A DNA stretch of 64,000 nt from Auanema rhodensis. Lineage: Eukaryota; Animalia; Nematoda. Shown here one piece after another: positions 13,601-27,591 of the stretch (its first letter is position 1; each line of letters opens with the position of its first letter). The notes below the pieces were generated by a model. That model worked only from the letters and a program-made list of their open reading frames with translations, ran no database searches and was not told the origin of the DNA. The position numbers and the translations under genes are program-made. The stretch is taken from the NCBI GenBank assembly GCA_964057225.1, contig OZ059900.1, forward strand, positions 6,200,001-6,264,000, written 5' to 3'.

Positions 13601-16318
13601 AAAGAAAGAATAGAAAAGATGAAAAAAATACTGAGAGAGGCAGAGGGAGTGAAGCAAAAAACGGATTGATATATTTCAGTCAGCCATATACAAAAAAATT
13701 CAACACGCAAAAGTAAGTGAGTACACATTTTGAAGAGTTAAAAGACAATTGTTATCTTGTTATTGCTTAGATGTTTGTGAAACAGTTTAACTAATAACGA
13801 TGTAGCTATGTTTTCAGTGAAATAAGAAGATGCCGAAACAAATTTGAAATATATGTCTAAATATAGCTGATTGAACAATAAACACGCTGAAGTTAACTGA
13901 CATCCATATAAACAGAGTCAATAATATTGAATTAAAGTAACATGCTATCAATTTTATAATAAGCTATGGTACAGACAATAAATATATACAATGAGCAATG
14001 TATTTTTGTTTAGACTTTTGTACACGATATGTTCTAAATTATGAAAGTAAAATGTTTAATTATCAATTTCATTCAATTATTTAGATATTCCTTAGATATT
14101 ATAATATATAAATGAAATATAACTACTACTACCATAACAATATATTATTATAGCTTGAAAAAAGAAATTAGTTTTGATTCCAAAACAAAGAATTTTTTCA
14201 ACATTCTAAATTTATAATTGAAATAAAACAAAATCAATGAAAAATTATATTTTAAATATGCATACTTTGCAGTTATAGTTATATAATTATATATGAAAAA
14301 TGCACAAAGCTCGAGAAGGGATAGAATTTGCTAACTATAACATACATACTATATACCATATGTATTACTATATGTATAAATTAGTTTTCAAACAATTAAC
14401 TGAATTTGAATGGCTAGTACCATTGAAACAGGTCTAAATCTATATTCAAAAAATTATATATGTTGATAACATACCGGAAAAAGAACCGAGAAAGTACTAT
14501 TGCTGAGAAATGAATTACGTTTTTGTGAAGGAATTAGACCAATCACATATACATATTTCGTACATCGTAGTGTGTTATGTGTTGAAATAAGAAAACGACA
14601 CTGATCTAATCTGTCTTATTGCGGTGCTGTGCAAGTGCACAGCTGTAACTTTAAGCACGACATATGATAATGATGAAAATGTGGTTGCGGCTGTGGTGAA
14701 ATATTGGGGGAACCGAAAAGATGATGATGATAAGTAGTTTACGCCGAAAAAATATATGCAAGCTATGAGATAGATAAAGATAAATTATTGGAGATAATGT
14801 GTTAGTCTATGAAAATACTACTAAACGAGAACATATGATGCAATTTAAAACACATTGCCACTGTGGTATGAAAGATGAAAGAGACGGTGTGCTTTCATAT
14901 TCACATAAATATAAAAAAAAAGAAGCCGATATAGCAAAAAAAAGTTTCGATAAAATGACCGATGTGAATAAGAATTTTTGGAAGGTCGCGCTTATTGTGT
15001 GCAGCTCGTGCTTCTTCTCCTTATACGTTATGCAAATCTAATTCAAGCAAATTGTTGCATTTCCTTTAGCAGCTTTCGCTCGTGCTCTCATCGCAACAGC
15101 GTACTACCCTCTGCTCAAAGAAAGTAAACTAGTAAAGAGGCCGAATGATTGAGATAAACGGAATGAAGACTCTAAAGGGAGAAAATGTTGAAGAAAAGAA
15201 GAAAAAAAGGATTGAGGAAATCAGGCTCTAGTCTCTTTTCGCGCATCTATGGTGTATCTGTCAATACTTTTGACGTGACAGCAGCAACAACACAGACATT
15301 TTTAAATAAGAAAACTTTTGAAACTCTAAAATGGAAAAGAAGAATCTCTATCTCTCATTTTTTTTGGCTATTTCCTTATATTCTCTCTCTTTTTTCTATC
15401 ATTTTTTTTATTTCTTAAAACCCACCCTAACTTTTTGTCTAGCCTTTCTCGTTTTCTCTCTTCCTCTCAGTATCACAACATCTCTGCTTCGTCAGATGAG
15501 AGCATGAGATAAATCTGTAGGACATTTGTGAGTAATATAGAAGTGTAAAAGCAAGAGTCGGTAAGGAAAACTGAAGTTGGAACTGGAAGTAAGATAAATG
15601 GGCAGAAAAGATAGAAAGTCCAATAAAGTGAAAGATACGAGAAACATGCTTCGAATTGCATAGAAAAAGCAAACGGAGCAATGTGGATTGCATGACCTTG
15701 CTCATTGAAGCGAAGGCAGATCAGGATAGCTCAGTGACAGATTTGGTGTGTCTGTCAGCTAGCAACAAAGACTTTGACATCTTAAACGTAATATCTATGT
15801 CAAACTCACAAAGTAAGCAGAAATCAAAACGAGCTTGTGCGAATAAATTTTGATTTTAGCCGGTTCGTTGATTTGTTGGTCAATCGGTCAGCCCGCTTCA
15901 ATGAATGCCGTTACAACCATCTTTATTTGATTGTATAATTTATAAGATTATATTATGTATATTATATCATATAACTCTTAAGTTTCAAGAAAATTTCAAT
16001 ATAAGAAACACATTGATTATTTAAATTATTATGCACATGTATGTCAGCATGTAAATCAAAAATGTGAAGCTAAAACAATTGCTATACATACTTCGCTCAT
16101 TTCTCATAATTCAAAGAAAATCTGAGCAACATTGCAGTTTCTCGAAAAATAAATTCACGATGGCTAAATTAATTGCCGTAAACTAGTATTACAAAAAAAA
16201 AAGCCAAAATTTCATAGTACAAAGTCTTAACAAAGGAAAGGGTTAGTAAATTGAGATTACGCTCATCATACTGAATGCTTAATCTGGAATGCGCAGTCCC
16301 GCTAGCTATCTCTCATTT

Positions 16319-16346
16319 TCTCTCTCTCTCTTCCTCTCTCTCTCTC
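16319..16346. repeat. (CT)n-rich tract
   Basis: Interrupted TC dinucleotide run. Confidence 0.8.
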
Positions 16347-18815
16347 AACTCCTACTTTCTTTCTCCTTCTTCTCTTTCTACTACTTTCTTTCAGAGAATA
16401 GATGTATAGCAATTGCCACATTATACTGGACACGTTCGTTATCCTGTTGTCCGGCTATTGAATTTGCCTTCAAAACGCCTAACTAGATGTTATTCCGGGC
16501 AGCATTACGGACGAGAAACTTTTGGAAAGAAATCTTGTAAAGCATTTACAAGTAAAATTTTCGAAGAAACGTATGACGACATTTACAAAAAGTTTCTGGC
16601 AATATTCTAATAGAGCGAAATATGAAAAGTTTTTAAATTGATGAAACCTTACAGACTTCTGAAAAAAAAGTGAAAATGTGTCAAAAAGAACATAGCGAGA
16701 GAATAAACAATCATTTCTTATTTTGCAAATGTTTTTTTACTGCAGGGGAGATAAACTTCCTCAGTACAGAGGAATTTGGATTTTTTTGTCGTTGAATGCG
16801 GGAAATGTAAAACTATGCACAAGTTGACCATCTGTTAAATCGTAAGGATTAATCGGGCCACATGCCTGCTTTCTTGCTCATTCTCTTGAATAGAATCATC
16901 TCGTTATTCTCCTCACTTTTTTCTATCTCTCATCTTCATATAATCAAAATATTAATACCCTCCCCCGATTTTTCATAGATTTATATACATTAAAAGATGT
17001 CAACTATAAGAGAAATTTGAACAATTCTTATAATCCTACTAATGGAAGGAATTTGTGATGAAAATGGTTTGATGGGAAGTGTTAGTAGAGGAATGGTTTA
17101 ATTCATAGCGATACTACGAAAGAATTAGCTTTTTCTTTCCTTATTTCATTTCCAGATTACATATTGTTGTTCGTAACGTTGTTCTTGCTATCCTTTTTTT
17201 CTTCAATCACGAACTGAAGTATTTATAGTTCTGTTATAATAGAATTATTTCAATATGCTTATTTTGCTTCTTCATATGTCTTAATTTCATTTCGTAGTTT
17301 GATTTTTCAAGCAGATTTTTCAATTTTCCATCTGCGAGTTAAGTAATAGCATAATTGAAAAATAAAATGTAATTTTAATAAAATTGCTTCTGATTAACAC
17401 ATAAAATGAATTTTAAATAGTATGCTGATTTACACAAAATTTTAGAAATTCGATATATACATATATTTGCAGAGAAATATGTTAATTTTTCATATTTCAG
17501 CACTTATGATAGAATTTCTTTTTGAAATTTCAATACAATATGAAATTCCGTAAATTAAGCTCAACAAAGCATTCAAATTTTTAAAAACAAGAGAACGTAC
17601 TAGCTAATAGGTGACGTGGAATCAAAACAGACTTAGTAGCATTAATGCAGGTTCCAAGAAATGCTGTCAGCTGGAATTCATAGAATAAATCACGCTGTAA
17701 CCTCTGTTATCGGAATTTTATCTGTAAAAGTATGTATTAGAAGAAAGATGATGTCTTAGCATGAGAATAAGCAAAAGGAAAAAACCAAAGTAAATTACGC
17801 GTGATGGGCGACATTCAACTGATGGAGAACTCAATTAACTTCGTTTCCTCCGCTTGATTTGAGGATCATTAGGAGATGCTTGGGCTAAGAGCTCTCTTAG
17901 CATGCGAAGAGAAGATAGATGGTCTGACGCCATCGTCTTGTGCCATCTAACGAGGTCATCATATTGGTATTTTGATTTGGAGAGATGACGGCCATGTCAG
18001 CCGATAAAGACAGACCAAGAGCCAAACATGATGTTGCCAACGTTGTGGATGTTCATGAATGATAGAAAATGAAATAGAGGACAATGCTAATGAAGTTGAT
18101 GAGGAGGTTGATACAACGCCATACAATAAACCTCCAAAACATCAAAACCGCAAATTGAAAAGAAATATATGGCTTAGCAATGACTGCTGATCATGTGTCC
18201 TTTGGCCGTGCGACAGAAATGTTAGTCAAGCAGTGAATAGGAAACGTCAATTGGTTAACGAAGTAGAGAATATTTCACATGTCAAACTGAGCTTCAAAAT
18301 GGGAGCTATGGCATAGGAGGAGAAAAGAGAGAAGAGAGAAAAAGCGCATTGCTTGTTCTGTGCCATATTCAAAAATGCCGTCCATTGGAATGTCATGGAC
18401 ATTGCAACAAGCCAAACATTTTTATTTCTTAAGTGACATATATATAGGCTTATGCTCACCATCTTTGAAACTTGAATGGTGCACATGAAATATGTGAGGG
18501 CGAGCTTGTTAAGAGCAAAAATTAAAAAACATCCAGATGTGTGATAAATGGGAGGGCATTTAGCGTATACTTGCAACTTCAAGTCTAGCTAGCCTTCATG
18601 TTGCATTGTTGAGACACAAGTCTTTTGAACAGTTTCATTCATAGGCTTATTGCTGTTGAGTTGTATTAAGTCGAAAAATTGTCGGGAAATCTCAAAAGAG
18701 TTCTTAAAATTGACTGGGTAGACTACGAAACCAAGTAAAAGTTAGAGAGAAAAGAAAGAGAGAAGAAAATTAGGAGAGGAGCTATATGGGTCAGCTAGTA
18801 AGTATGCTTTGGGGT

Positions 18816-18875
18816 GTCCGTCAGTCAGTCCGTCAGTCAGTCTAGTCAGTTAGCTAGTACGTCAGGCTCGTCAGT
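18816..18875. repeat. Degenerate (TCAG)n / GTCCGTCAGTCA tandem tract
   Basis: GTCCGTCAGTCA x2 then GTCTAGTCAGTTAGCTAGTACGTCAGGCTCGTCAGT. Confidence 0.7.
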
Positions 18876-19364
18876 TCATTTCTCTGAGCCCACCAGAAGC
18901 CCAAGATCAAAAAGAATGTGAAGTAAAAGAACCAGACTTTTAGAGCAAGAAATGAACCGTAGAGTAAGTTGAGAGAGATGGAAGGGGATTGCAGAACTAA
19001 CCAAAGACGTAATTTTTTCCCAAAAATAGGGAGACCAGACTTGAACAAATTAGCAGCTGGGTTTCGTGTAACGATTTGATCACATACATCTACACATTAA
19101 ATGCACTAAAGATAGCCTGATGTGATGTACTAACCAACGATTGCAAAAGATTTAAACTGGAAAATTCCAAGCTTGAAAAAGTAAACCCCAAAAATGTGAA
19201 AATAGAAATGCATGTTGAGCTTTAATAGTTAGTTGAACAGAGGTGGGCTGAAACTAATGATGCAGTGCGCGAAGCTATATATTGTTTTACTAAAATGGTT
19301 CAACAAACTGAAGTTGAAAAAGGAGTTGTTGTAATAATGAAGGAGTGAAAAAGTAGAAAAGGTT

Positions 19365-19410
19365 AGAGAGAGAGAAAAAAAGAGAGAAAGAGAGAGAGAG
19401 AGAGAGAGGG
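19365..19410. repeat. (GA)n-rich purine tract
   Basis: Interrupted AG dinucleotide run. Confidence 0.8.
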
Positions 19411-22400
19411 AGATAGAGGGAAATATTGAAAGGAGTGGGAATAAAAAGCTAGTTATTTGGGTAAAGTTTGAACAGAAAGGGTGAAAAAAGGAAAACGAAT
19501 TTAGTAAGTTGCCAAGGGACAAAGGCCATAGAGAATTCATAATTTTGAATGAAACGTAGCAATTGAAAACGAAAAAAGAATAAGATAAATTAAAAGAAAC
19601 ACAGGTGTTATCGAATAATATAAACAAGATGTTGTGTGTTAAGATGAATAACAATTCTCAGCTAAAGAAACGGCCTTATGCAAACTCTTTATGATTATTG
19701 AAATTGATTAAAATAGACTCTTTTCTATTTTGATATGCAGCTGACTTCTCAAATATCAAGCAAAATCTGCTGGTAATATTTAATAATGAAAATGATATAA
19801 TTTTTTAGAAATAAGCACAGACAGCTGCTGAAAACATCTTGTAATTAGCATTTACAATGCATATATTCTTAGTTTTTGGAATTGAGTAAATACGCTAAGC
19901 AGAGAGTTTTAACTTTTTACTAGTAAAAGGAATGGGTATGGATGAAAAGATTTTTCATTTTCTTCCTGACTTGGTTTATAAATCGGACAACGCTGGTCGA
20001 ACAGAAAGAAAGTAAAAAATGAAGAGAAATGAGACGACAAAGGCAAAAAGAAAGATGATTCTGAATAATGCCGCAAGTCAAGAGCTTCCTTGAAGTATGC
20101 TACTCGATAACTTAAAGACACAGTAAATTAATTTTATCTAAGTATGAAAGCTATAATTTTACTAATTTTGAAGAACATTTCGAAATAAACGATGCTAATT
20201 TCTTACTCTATAATAAGATTTGAAGATTCAAAACGCACAATCTCAAACTTGAGCTTCTACAAGGCCCACTTGAGATAGATTATGAAATGAGCTTCATGTG
20301 AAAGGCTCACTTCTCGTTATTATCTTCCTGTATTGCTTTGCTCATGTTCATACATTCTACTTATATACATACTTGTATAGCCACGAATGTAGCTGAAACT
20401 ATGCAATGTATAATGAATAAGCTACGACGGCTCATGACATCACTTGCGGCAATACAATATCTGCCTTTTCAATTTTACTCCACACAAGCTGATGTAACAG
20501 CTCAAAATTGAAGAAAATAGTCTTATATTCATTTGTATTTGTTTATTACTGAAAGGCAAAAGAACAATATTCATTCATTTGTGGTAAAAAGGAGATTACC
20601 AATTAAATGAAGAAAATAAATAAGCCAAAAAGAAGTTAACGACAAGGAAATGCATACAATATACAAGTCCAAAAGATTGCATTATTCAAAAAAAACTTGA
20701 AAAGTGCACGCTAGCATGCATAGTGACTAGAAGCAAGACAATTTTTTTCATGGTTTTTGTTCGAAACACTTTCAAAAGAAGCTTGTCGCAGCTTTATAAT
20801 ACATTTACAATCATTCTTCAACATTTTTTTGCTTAAATCTTCCTTATGAAGGATTCATTCCTTGACGTTTTGAATACCAATTCATACATGTACATCTCAA
20901 ACAAAAAGAATAGAACAGAGTAAGCATAAATGTATAAAAAGAAAGTTATACCTAAAAATTCATGATGCAAATGAAAGAGAAGCAAAGAAAAATTGACGCT
21001 TACAAGGGATAGCCGAAAAAGATGGAGAGAGTGAGAATGTAAAAAAGAAATATAAATTAGAGAGTAGTAGAATGAGCTGAAAGTACGACTACATGAATGT
21101 ATTGTTTCGCCTTCTCAACAATACATGCATTTTTCAAGTTACATGCCACCTTTCGAACTTGTGGCTGTCATACGATAAAAGCTGTTGAAGTGAAAATCTC
21201 AATTTTCAAAAAATTCATCAAATACTACAAATTGAATTGAATTAAACTATTTTAATATTAAAGTTTATCATTAAGAACAAACATGAAATAAAGGTTTAGC
21301 AATTTCAATAATGGAATTTTTGATGTGAAAAGTTTAAAGAAAACTAAAAAAAATTAAGATGACAGGGAATAAGCAATGAAGTGAACTTGCCTCGCACCCT
21401 GAAGCACGAAACAATACAATAAAATCTATTTGATACATTTGGTGCACTAAAATACATAATAAGTTTCTGAGCTATACTTTTTGGGGGTTTTGTTTCATTT
21501 TCATTGCTCCTCGTGGAATTCATTAACTAATTATTGAAAACAATAATAAAATATTTAATGAAGCAACTGATATGTACTATTTGTTTTTATGTTAACAATT
21601 TGATTTTAAAACTTCTTTTAATTCAGTAATTTAGCCAAAATACTACTCGTAAGAGCAATTGCTTGTTCTTTATTTTAGCATCTTGTAAATCTCATGAGAT
21701 TTAACTGAAAAGAAAAAAATTTCAAAATTTTCGATAAATTATTTTAAATTGCTTGAAGCTATTTTAAGATATTTACTGATTACTATTCGAAAGATTCTCT
21801 TCTATATCTCTAGGCTGCTTCAAATATATATACAGTTGCTTATCGCTGTCTACAATCATTACTATGAGTGAACGAGCTATAAGTGACAAATCGCGACCAA
21901 CTCGGGGGTCATATAATTCGAGAAGACAGAATACATGACGTGGCCACTGGGGAAAATAGTTTTGCATAACGTTTCAAGTTCTAACTCAGTCGAATGCATA
22001 TAAAGCGGGAAGTTGCATTAACATTTCATAAAATATCAGTGTTCTAATAAAGAAAAAAAACAATATCTCAAGAAAGCTTTTCATAAAAATAAAATAATTT
22101 TTTTTCGAAAATATAAGATATGCACACATTTAATACTACAGTACATGAAAAATTAATATAATGTCAATAGTACTTTTTTTGTTGAAAAAATCAATAATAA
22201 AAATAGTTATAATAGTACGTTAATAGATTCAGAAATAATTTATGTTTTTGCCGCATAAAAAATAAGATATTGAAAGAAAGGAAAATATATGCAGGTTGAT
22301 GTATTGACAAAAGTACCAACGTATTGTGAAAGAATATTTCATGGAAATGCTTATATTTTAATAAATAAATGATTGAGTTTTCATTGTGAATGATAATAAG

Positions 22401-25400
22401 AATCTATTAAATAATTCTCCTTTTCTATAAATTTAAATAAAAATATTTATTAAACATATATGATTCAGAACATTTTATTCATTTGTTATATTATGTTATA
22501 ATAGTATTAAGTTGTAATTGAATAGAAACAGGGAAGTTTTTTTTCTCAATAAAACAAATTACAATAAAAGAGAAAAGTCTTGAAAAAAGCTGGCATTCTT
22601 TGGTTTTTTGAAAAACATTATTCATAAACATTTGGCATTTAGTGGGTGATAGAAAACTCTATTTTAGTAATAGTTGGCACATCTTTTTCAACTTCTTTGA
22701 CCAACACTTTGAAACCATGAAATGGAAATTTGTGGTTATAAATATGAAGCTGTTTTAACATCTGGTATAATCATCCTTTGAGCTGCACATTGTATATGAT
22801 GTAATGGCTTAAAACTCGTGGGCGATTATGATATAGATTGAAAGAATCAACATAGCATATGAGCATCCCACTTCATAAACGCTTTCAATGTGAATATACA
22901 AGCCGAACAATATGAAAAACAAAAATGCTTACTGAACTGTGAGCTGGCAAAAAGCTTTTCCATCTTGACCCATCATCAAATCTAAACACTTGCTGTTGTG
23001 CAAAAATAAGTTGTATACACAGTTGATGAAGAGCAATAATAAAGTAAAACAACTAAGAACTATATAATATTTGGCGGATTATTTTGCTATTTTAGTCACA
23101 TACTAGTGTTTTCGGTACGACATGATTATTGAATTCCTAAGACATGTTTTATCCAGATTCTTATAAGCCATTTTTTCTCTTCAGTGCTATTCATATTTAA
23201 ATATTTCTTCATAAAAAGCAATTGTAAAAGCAAACAAAAAAAAGATATATTTTTATTTTTATTTTTTTGTCAACCGTCATGTTGTGCTACTACTCAAGCT
23301 TTACATTCTATACAATTATATTATGACAAACCTTTGAACAGACATAAAAAATTCTATTTGTGTTTGATTTCGAAGCCGCGAAAAAAAATGAGAGAACAAA
23401 ATAGTTATAAGCGATAGTAACCTGGTCATTTCCCACTTGTCACTTATGTCATGTTCGTGGCTCTCATTTATTTTCTTTTGTTTTTTTTGTGATTCATGTA
23501 TACACTCATGCACATATCCTTGTTGCAATGATGCCAAAATGAAATAAATACTTATTTTTTCCATGATAAATACAACAATCGGTTGCAGTTGTCAATTTTT
23601 TTATTATTATTCAGGAAAGGAGAGCTTTAAGAGCATTATCTGACCATGATTTTGACTATTTTCACAAAATCTTTTCGTACAAATTTTAATTTTCACCTGT
23701 TTATCTTTTATTTCTAGCATTTAGCTTGCCGCTCCAATCTCTCATATAATGGATTAAATAGTACAACATTATATAAAAGCTCATATGAGATCTGTTTTCT
23801 TTAAAAGTTTTTTTTAAAGTTTTCTTTAAATTTCAAATGAGCAAAATTTACATAAACTAATAGTACTAATGGATATACATATGGAATTTTAATTTTTTAA
23901 ATGACTATATATCTCATATATTATATGTATATTAGAGTAATCACATATAAGTTATGTGATCTAAAAGATCTTATATCTCGTTGTTATTTAATCCTTTTTT
24001 TATATTTTGCTTTCATGCTGTGATGAAGCTGTTTCATTCTCCCCCCTCTCGCAAACATCATATCACTATATACACTAGTTAGTATGGCAACCGACATCTG
24101 GCAAATCCAGCTGTTGCATAACAATGTCTTTGGAACATCTAACTTTTTGATTTTTTATATTTTTTCACTATTGTTTCAAATTATTTTTAGATATTATGTA
24201 ACAGTTGAACATTAAAGCATTGGCCTAATTCTTCTGTAAGCACGATTCTCTGCACTTCACAGATGTATCACAATCTTTTGTTATCAAAATACAAACAAAA
24301 CTTCAGATTCGAGGACAGAACTTTGTCGATCAGTTGTTGAAACGCACAAGATGATGACGAATTTGTAATTGTGAGGAATACTGAAAGACCGGAATCTGGC
24401 TAATGTCTTGATACCGAGTGCAATTTTATTTTAATCGGAAAATGGAAAAGCGCATGACTTTGTGGAAAAACTGACAAAAAAGTTTGAAATAGAGTCCCAT
24501 TTTTTGATGATGTTCAAAGAATTGTAATGTCTCAAGATAATACTTCTAAACTTTAAAAAATGGATGCTCACACACTCGCATTAATGAGTTTATTGCACTA
24601 ATCAATAGAATTTTTTATTTACATTCAAAGTTTCACGAAATAATGTAATTTAAAATTTCAATTTTCAACTTAACTATAGATTTTTTCGCCTGTTATTTAC
24701 AGATATCATTATTGCCAGCTAATTGTCTGATACCATGCTAACAATATCATCATCATCAGCCTACTAGTAATAAACAGCCCAGTTTACCAGCGTTAAAAAA
24801 ATAAATATCTATTAGAAACAATTAATGAATTCATTACGTTTCATCCATATCATATGAACAATGATATAGCGATGTGAACCGAAGATTTTTCTTTCATTAT
24901 TCATGGAATTGAACCGAGTAATGCCGTTTATATTTCCTCATTTTACTACGCTTTGCTCATTCTTACAACTTTTTCATCTAGATCGTGTTTCAAGTTGATA
25001 GTGCTTAATTTTGAAGTACAGTGTAGTGGCTGTACTGCTTTTTACGCTTTTTTTCGCAGTTTTTTCCGACCATCATCCATTAGTTTCAGCACATCCTGTC
25101 TTTCGATAGTTTGTCTATTCAGCTTCGTGATTGCGTGATTGTTGCCGCTGAAACTCACATCATTGGACCACATAAATTGGCCTCTAATTACACAGCGTGG
25201 CTAACTTCCATACAAAAAGTTTGAATTCAAATCTTTTCAATTTGAATACGGCTTCAATGAGAACAGGACACAAGCAAGAGCATAAAATCAGAAGCTGATA
25301 GAAGACCATGATGATGTCGATGCATGTCATGTCACATCATTTCTTATTGTAATAGGAAAGGCACTGAGTAGGAAGAGACAGGATGTTCTGGTTCAGACTG

Positions 25401-26015
25401 CAACTGCATTAAACATCCTCAAACGGATAGGATAGACAAAGTGAAACATAGAGAAGTTATACCATAAAGCGGGAAATAGGAGGAGCAAAAAGCACTTGTG
25501 ATATTTTGAATTTAAGCCAACTAACAGCTCTAAGAGACAGTTAATTGCGCATCCAGTTTGCTCACTACTCAGCTTTGTGCTTCATCCAAAATATGCCGTT
25601 TGCTCTGCCTTTTTCACTTCTATACTCTAAGTTTTTAATTTGAAATTATAATTCTTATTTTCAAAAACTACATTCCCTTTTTAATCTCGCTCAAACAATC
25701 TCATATGACATATCTCTATAAGCACACATTACTTAGAATAAGTGCTCAAATCTCAAAATAAATCTAAATCCATCTATATCTTTTTGAGAAAAAGAAAAGC
25801 CGCTGAAAATTTTTTTTACGAAATGTGAATAAAATTAACTTCCCCCCCTATATAGTTTGAATGAGCGGACACATTGATGAAAATTTCTATTATTTCTAAC
25901 GAATTTATTTATAATTATCATGTATATGTTTTTGTTTTTAAATATATGTCATTACCCGTTCGTCTTGATATAATTTAATTTTATATTTATCTAATTTAAT
26001 CTTTTTACACTATGA

Positions 26016-26021
26016 TTACAG
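26016..26021 (+). promoter_or_regulatory. 3' splice acceptor 8 nt before flp-12 ATG (candidate SL trans-splice site)
   Basis: TTACAG after an AT-rich outron-like stretch, directly before GTGAAATT-ATG; could instead end a 5' UTR intron. Confidence 0.45.
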
Positions 26022-26029
26022 GTGAAATT

Positions 26030-26538
26030 ATGAAAAGCATTAGCGTCATTGCTTTGTTCATCTGCTTCCTTATTGTCAATGCTCAGAGCGACGGTTAGTT
26101 GAAACATTGTACTTTTTTTTGAAAATTATCAATTAAAAATCAAATTTATTGGAAATATATGTTGATATTGTTCATGAATATTAGATACTTGTATTAGTTA
26201 AGTATTTAAACAAATATATATATATATCTACTATGGCTACTTGTTTTTATGTAATTATATATACTTATTCTAGGATCTGTTGATGCAGCGCTGGTTGCCC
26301 AACAAGAGCAAGACCTAGAAATGCTGAATGAGGTACAAAGAACAATTAGTTTTCAATATTAAATTCTCATTTAGCTATCATCTCGTCTCGTAAACTCATT
26401 AAAGATTGTTCAGAATCTTAGAGATGGTAACGAACATTTCGTATATATTTTAATTATCTGCTTATTTCAGGTCCTCAAGGCAAAGTGGCTGAGAAGCGTC
26501 GTAATAAGTTCGAATTCATTCGTTTTGGACGTAAATGA
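26030..26538 (+). CDS. flp-12: FMRFamide-like neuropeptide precursor FLP-12 (RNKFEFIRFamide), 4 exons, 80 aa
   Basis: Exons 26030-26093, 26274-26332, 26375-26426, 26471-26538, all GT-AG, phases consistent. Translation MKSISVIALFICFLIVNAQSDGSVDAALVAQQEQDLEMLNELSSRLVNSLKIVQNLRDGPQGKVAEKR-RNKFEFIRF-GRK*: signal peptide, KR cleavage site, amidation G plus RK. RNKFEFIRFa is the conserved nematode FLP-12 peptide. Confidence 0.96.
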
Positions 26539-27591
26539 GCATTGATCATGAAATCGAACTGCCATACAGTTTATGAGGGAGAACTGTGTGGCAGAACGAT
26601 TTCGTGAAAGGCACTCATTTGCCACATGACCCGTTGCGCTTTATTATGCTGCTGCTATTGCTGCTTATGATTATTATGAAATTTAACAAAACGTTTTATG
26701 CGATCCGATCTTACACACCCACAATTGTCTCCAGAAGGTGTCTTCACTAGTACACAAACTCACACACATGATCTCGAGCATCGTCATTGATTGTTGCTGA
26801 ATGAATATGTTGCAGAAATTGTGTTTTTGTTGTTGCAAATGTACAAGTTCAATCAAACAATAGCCTTATTTACATCGAAACGACGAAAATTACTCAATTG
26901 AAGAAGCAATTTTGAAAAACCATCTATACGAGATCTTAACATCTATACAAGTTTTTTTTAATATAATGTTTGGTACATGCATTCTTTATTAGAAATTAAA
27001 TATTGAAACAAATAATATAAAATTAAAAAAAATATTATTTTGCATTAAAATCTTAAAAAATATGAGAATTACAACCAGAATCGGATGTCAAAACTTGAAA
27101 AGTCTCAAAACTGGAACGCTTATGTTCAGCTTGAAGAAAAAATATCATATTAGATAAATAAATTACAAAACGAAATTGCTCAGCAATTTCGCTATTAGAT
27201 CATATGGCTTAAAGCAAAAGTTAAGCAATACTATGTGTTAGTATTCACTAACATGGAATAAGAGGAGTAGTAGATGTAGTTAAGCAGAAAGCTAAACTTT
27301 CATATAGCGCGAATCTTTTATATCTGTATATATGCACATGAAATATTAGCTAGTTCAACATTCTGCTCAACCAATCTTTTTTTGTCTTGAATGATGTGAC
27401 AAGTTAGTTGACCGTTATCGGATAATTTTTTAGAATGAAGCTATTTAGAAAATCATAGAAAAATTAGAAAATTAGAATATTTCAATACATATATGGAATG
27501 GTTGCATAAGTATGTTTCTAATTTTTTAACATATAAAAAAAGGAGATAATTACATATACGATGATGGACTAGATATTTGTACCACATACCA

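Noticed and set aside
22640-22981. Minus-strand exon-like pieces (22981-22933 and MLKQLHIYNHKFPFHGF...)
   Set aside because: No start or recognisable family; could be lncRNA or chance.
274-25138. Dozens of 60-140 aa F/L/S/I-rich ORFs in the track
   Set aside because: Translations of T- and CT-rich non-coding DNA, many with non-ATG starts; no motifs or splice-consistent structure.
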